Part shown: in pieces, positions 59,601-64,000 of the stretch
Layout of the letters: each line of letters begins with the position of its first letter
How positions within the stretch are numbered: the stretch's first letter is position 1
DNA from: Macrostomum hystrix
Lineage: Eukaryota; Animalia; Platyhelminthes
Reading direction: 5' to 3'
Length of the DNA stretch: 64,000 nucleotides
Assembly (NCBI GenBank): GCA_950097015.1
Contig: CATNEN010000003.1
Span: forward strand, 3,348,001 to 3,412,000
Position numbers and translations under genes: made by a program
The notes under the pieces: model-generated
Told to the model about the DNA's origin: nothing
The model's input: only the letters and a program-made list of their open reading frames with translations
The model's database searches: none

Positions 59601-62600
59601 GGGAGAGAGATAAGAGAGGGAGAGAGACAAGAGAGGGTGAGAGATAAGAGCGGGAGAGAGATAAGAGAGGGTGAGAGATTAGAGAGGGAGAGAGATAAGA
59701 GGGGGAGAGAGATAAGAGAGGGAGAGAGATAGGAGAGGGAGAGAGATAAGAGAGGGAGAGAGATAAGAGAGGGAGAGAGATAAGAGAGGGAGAGAGTTAA
59801 GAGAGGGAGAGAGATAAGAGAGGGTGAGAGATAAGAGAGGGAGAGATAAGAGAGAGAGATAAGAGAGGGAGAGAGATAAGAGAGGGTGATAGATAAAAGA
59901 GGGTGATAGATAAAAGAGGGAGAGAGATAAGAGAGGGAGAGAGATAAGAGAGGGAGAGAGATAAGAGAGGGTGATAGATAAAAGAGGGTGAGAGATAAGA
60001 GAGGGTGAGAGATAAGAGAGGGAGAGAGATAAGAGAGGGTGAGAGATAAGAGAGGGTGAGAGATTAGAGGGAGAGAGATAAGAGAGGGTGAGAGATAAGA
60101 GAGGGAGAGAGATAAGAGAGGGTGAGAGATAAGAGAGGGTGAGAGATAGGAGATGGATAGAGATAAGAGAGGGAGAGAGATAAGAGAGGGAGAGAGATAA
60201 GAGAGGGTGAGAGATAAGAGAGGGTGAGAGATAAGAGAGGGTGAGAGATAAGAGAGGGAGAGAGATAGGAGAGGGAGAGAGATAAGAGAGGGTGAGAGAT
60301 AAGAGAGGGAGAGAGATAAGAGAGGGAGAGAGTTAAGAGAGGGAGAGAGATAAGAGAGGGTGAGAGATAGGAGAGAGAGATAAGAGAGGGAGAGATAAGA
60401 GAGAGAGATAAGAGAGGGAGAGAGATAGGAGACAGAGATAAGAGAGGGAGAGATAAGAGAGGGAGAAATAAGAGAGGGAGAGATATATGACAGAGAGAGA
60501 GATAAGAGAGGGAGAGAGATAAGAGAGGGAGAGAGAGAAGAGAGGGAGAGAGATAAGAGGGGGAGAGAGATAAGAGAGGGAGAGAGATAAGAGAGGGTGA
60601 GAGATAAGAGAGGGAGAGAGATAAGAGAGGGAGAGAGATAAGAGAGGGAGAGAGATAAGAGAGGGTCAGAGATAAGAGAGGGAGAGAGATAAGAGAGGGT
60701 GAGAGATAAGAGAGGGAGAGAGATAAGAGAGGGAGAAAGATAAGAGAGGGTGAGAGATAAGAGAGGGTGAGAGATAAGAGAGGGAGAGAGATAAGAGAGG
60801 GTGAGAGATAAGAGAGGGTGAGAGATTAGAGAGGGAGAGAGATAAGAGAGGGTGAGAGATAAGAGAGAGAGAGAAACAAGAGAGGGTGATAGATAAAAGA
60901 GGGAGAGAGATAAGAGAGGGTGAGAGATAAGAGAGGTTGAGAGATAAGAGAGGGAGAGAGATAAGAGAGGGTGAGAGATAAGAGAGGGTGAGAGATTAGA
61001 GAGGGAGAGAGATAAGAGAGGGTGAGAGATAAGAGAGGGAGAGAGATAAGAGAGGGAGAGAGATAAGAGAGGGTGAGAGATAAGAGAGGGAGAGAGATAA
61101 GAGAGGGAGAGAGATAAGAGAGGGAGAGAGATAAGAGAGGGAGAGAGATAAGAGAGGGTGATAGATAAAAGAAGGAGAGAGATAAGAGAGGGAGAGAGAT
61201 AAGAGAGGGAGAGAGATAAGAGAGGGTGATAGATAAAAGAGGGAGAGAGATAAGAGAGGGTGAGAGATAAGAGAGGGTGAGAGATAAGAGAGGGAGAGAG
61301 ATAAGAGAGGGTGAGAGATAAGAGAGGGTGAGAGATTAGAGGGAGAGAGATAAGAGAGGGTGAGAGATAAGAGAGGGAGAGAGATAAGAGAGGGAGAGAG
61401 ATAAGAGAGGGAGAGAGATAAGAGAGGGAGAGAGATAAGAGAGGGAGAGAAATAAGAGAGGGAGAGAGATAAGAGAGGGAGAGAGATAAGAGAGGGAGAG
61501 AAATAAGAGAGGGAGAGAGATAAGAGAGGGAGAGAGATAAGAGGGGGAGAGAAATAAGAGAGGGAGAGAGATAAGAGAGGGAGAGAGATAAGAGAGGGAG
61601 AAAGATAAGAGAGGGTGAGAGATAAGAGAGGGAGAGAGATAAGAGAGGGTGAGAGATAAGAGAGGGAGAGAGATAAGAGAGGGAGAGATATAAGAGAGGG
61701 AGAGAGTTAAGAGAGGGAGAGAGATAAGAGAGGCAGAGAGATAAGAGAGGGTGAGATATAAGAGAGGGAGAGAGATAAGAGAGGGTGAGAGATAAGAGAG
61801 GGTGAGAGATAGGAGAGGGAGAGAGATAAGAGAGGGAGAGAGATAAGAGAGGGAGAGAGATAAGAGAGGGTGAGAGATAAGAGAGGGAGAGAGTTAAGAG
61901 AGAGAGAGAGATAAGAGAGGGAGAGAGATAAGAGAGGGTGAGAGATAAGAGAGGGAGAGAGTTAAGAGAGGGAGAGAGATAAGAGAGGGAGAGAGATAAG
62001 AGAGGGTGAAAGATAAGAGAGGGTGAGAGATAGGAGAGGGAGAGAGATAAGAGAGGGTGAGAGATAAGAGAGGGTGAGAGATAGGAGATGGATAGAGATA
62101 AGAGAGGGAGAGAGATAAGAGAGGGAGAGAGATAAGAGAGGGAGAGAGATAAGAGAGGGTGATAGATAAAAGAGGGAGAGAGATAAGAGAGGGAGAGAGA
62201 TAAGAGAGGGAGAGAGATAAGAGAGGGTGATAGATAAAAGAGGGAGAGAGATAAGAGAGGGTGAGAGATAAGAGAGGGTGAGAGATAAGAGAGGGAGAGA
62301 GATAAGAGAGGGTGAGAGATAAGAGAGGGTGAGAGATTAGAGGGAGAGAGATAAGAGAGGGTGAGAGATAAGAGAGGGAGAGAGATAAGAGAGGGAGAGA
62401 GATAAGAGAGGGAGAGAGATAAGAGAGGGAGAGAGATAAGAGAGGGAGAGAAATAAGAGAGGGAGAGAGATAAGAGAGGGAGAGAGATAAGAGAGGGAGA
62501 GAAATAAGAGAGGGAGAGAGATAAGAGAGGGAGAGAGATAAGAGGGGGAGAGAGATAAGAGAGGGAGAGAGATAAGAGAGGGAGAGAGATAAGAGAGGGT

Positions 62601-64000
62601 GATAGATAAAAGAGGGAGAGAGATAAGAGAGGGTGAGAGATAAGAGAGGGTGAGAGATAAGAGAGGGAGAGAGATAAGAGAGGGTGAGAGATAAGAGAGG
62701 GTGAGAGATAAGAGAGGGAGAGAGATAAGAGAGGGTGAGAGATAAGAGAGGGTGAGAGATAGGAGAGGGAGAGAGATAAGAGAGGGTGAGAGATAAGAGA
62801 GGGTGAGAGATAGGAGAGGGAGAGAGATAAGAGAGGGAGAGAGATAAGAGAGGGAGAGAGATAAGAGAGGGTGAGAGATAAGAGAGGGAGAGAGTTAAGA
62901 GAGAGAGAGAGATAAGAGAGGGAGAGAGATAAGAGAGGGTGAGAGATAAGAGAGGGAGAGAGTTAAGAGAGGGAGAGAGATAAGAGAGGGAGAGAGATAA
63001 GAGAGGGTGAAAGATAAGAGAGGGTGAGAGATAGGAGAGGGAGAGAGATAAGAGAGGGTGAGAGATAAGAGAGGGTGAGAGATAAGAGAGGGTGAGAGAT
63101 AAGAGAGGGAGAGAGATAAGAGAGGGTGAGAGATAAGAGAGGGTGAGAGATAGGAGATGGATAGAGATAAGAGAGGGAGAGAGATAAGAGAGGGAGAGAG
63201 ATAAGAGAGGGTGAGAGATAAGAGAGGGTGAGAGATAAGAGAGGGTGAGAGATAAGAGAGGGAGAGAGATAAGAGAGGGAGAGAGTTAAGAGAGGGAGAG
63301 AGATAAGAGAGGGTGAGAGATAGGAGAGAGAGATAAGAGAGGGAGAGATAAGAGAGAGAGATAAGAGAGGGAGAGAGATAAGAGAGGGTGATAGATAAAA
63401 GAGGGAGAGAGATAAGAGAGGGTGAGAGATAAGAGAGGGTGAGAGATAAGAGAGGGAGAGAGATAAGAGAGGGTGAGAGATAAGAGAGGGTGAGAGATTA
63501 GAGGGAGAGAGATAAGAGAGGGTGAGAGATAAGAGAGGGAGAGAGATAAGAGAGGGAGAAAGATAAGAGAGGGTGAGAGATAAGAGAGGGAGAGAGATAA
63601 GAGAGGGTGAGAGATAAGAGAGGGAGAGAGATAAGAGAGGGAGAGAGATAAGAGAGGGTGAGAGATAAGAGAGGGAGGGAGATAAGAGAGGGTGAGAGAT
63701 AAGAGAGGGTGAGAGATAAGAGGGGGAGAGAGATAAGAGAGGGTGAGAGATAAGAGAGGGAGAGAGATAAGAGGGGGAGAGAGATAAGAGAGGGTGAGAG
63801 ATAAGAGAGGGAGAGAGATAAGAGAGGGAGAGAGACAAGAGAGGGTGAGAGATAAGAGCGGGAGAGAGATAAGAGAGGGTGAGAGATTAGAGAGGGAGAG
63901 AGATAAGAGGGGGAGAGAGATAAGAGAGGGAGAGAGATAGGAGAGGGAGAGAGATAAGAGAGGGAGAGAGATAAGAGAGGGAGAGAGATAAGAGAGGGAG
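56655..64000. repeat. 16-bp purine-rich satellite (GAGAGATAAGAGAGGG)n, >7 kb, running off the window end
   Basis: Visible array with kb-scale higher-order duplications. Confidence 0.98.

Noticed and set aside
58653-63838. Long Ser/Leu/Pro-rich ORFs (also 14018-14504, 40347-41483, 49058-49631, 52401-52619, 55677-56129)
   Set aside because: Translations of stop-free tandem repeats.

Overview
Eukaryotic (metazoan) genomic DNA, most likely a flatworm such as Macrostomum lignano. This is inferred from a flatworm-type spliced-leader-like sequence, GC3-rich exons and introns filled with minisatellites. Genes built by hand from splice signals and reading-frame phase: (1) 5' part of an ELAPOR/KIAA1324-family gene on the minus strand, running off the window start; (2) a divergently transcribed 9-exon Kizuna (KIZ)-like gene, hosting an intronless 227-aa orphan ORF in intron 1 and an antisense intronless caveolin in intron 6; (3) three class C (mGluR-like) GPCR paralogues built as mosaics of near-identical and strongly divergent blocks; (4) a 4-exon SPRING1/C12orf49 orthologue missed by the ORF track, followed 24 nt after its stop by another multi-exon gene. 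Roughly 40% of the window is tandem repeat (about 17 arrays). Also present: two tRNA-headed SINE families (one CORE-like), a decayed LINE 3' fragment, a P-like MITE, and a probable retroelement relic ending in a spliced-leader-like sequence. The best candidates for new biology are the variable/constant GPCR cluster, the SL-carrying element and the SPRING1-orphan gene pair. Homology calls come from my recall of family motifs, not from database searches.
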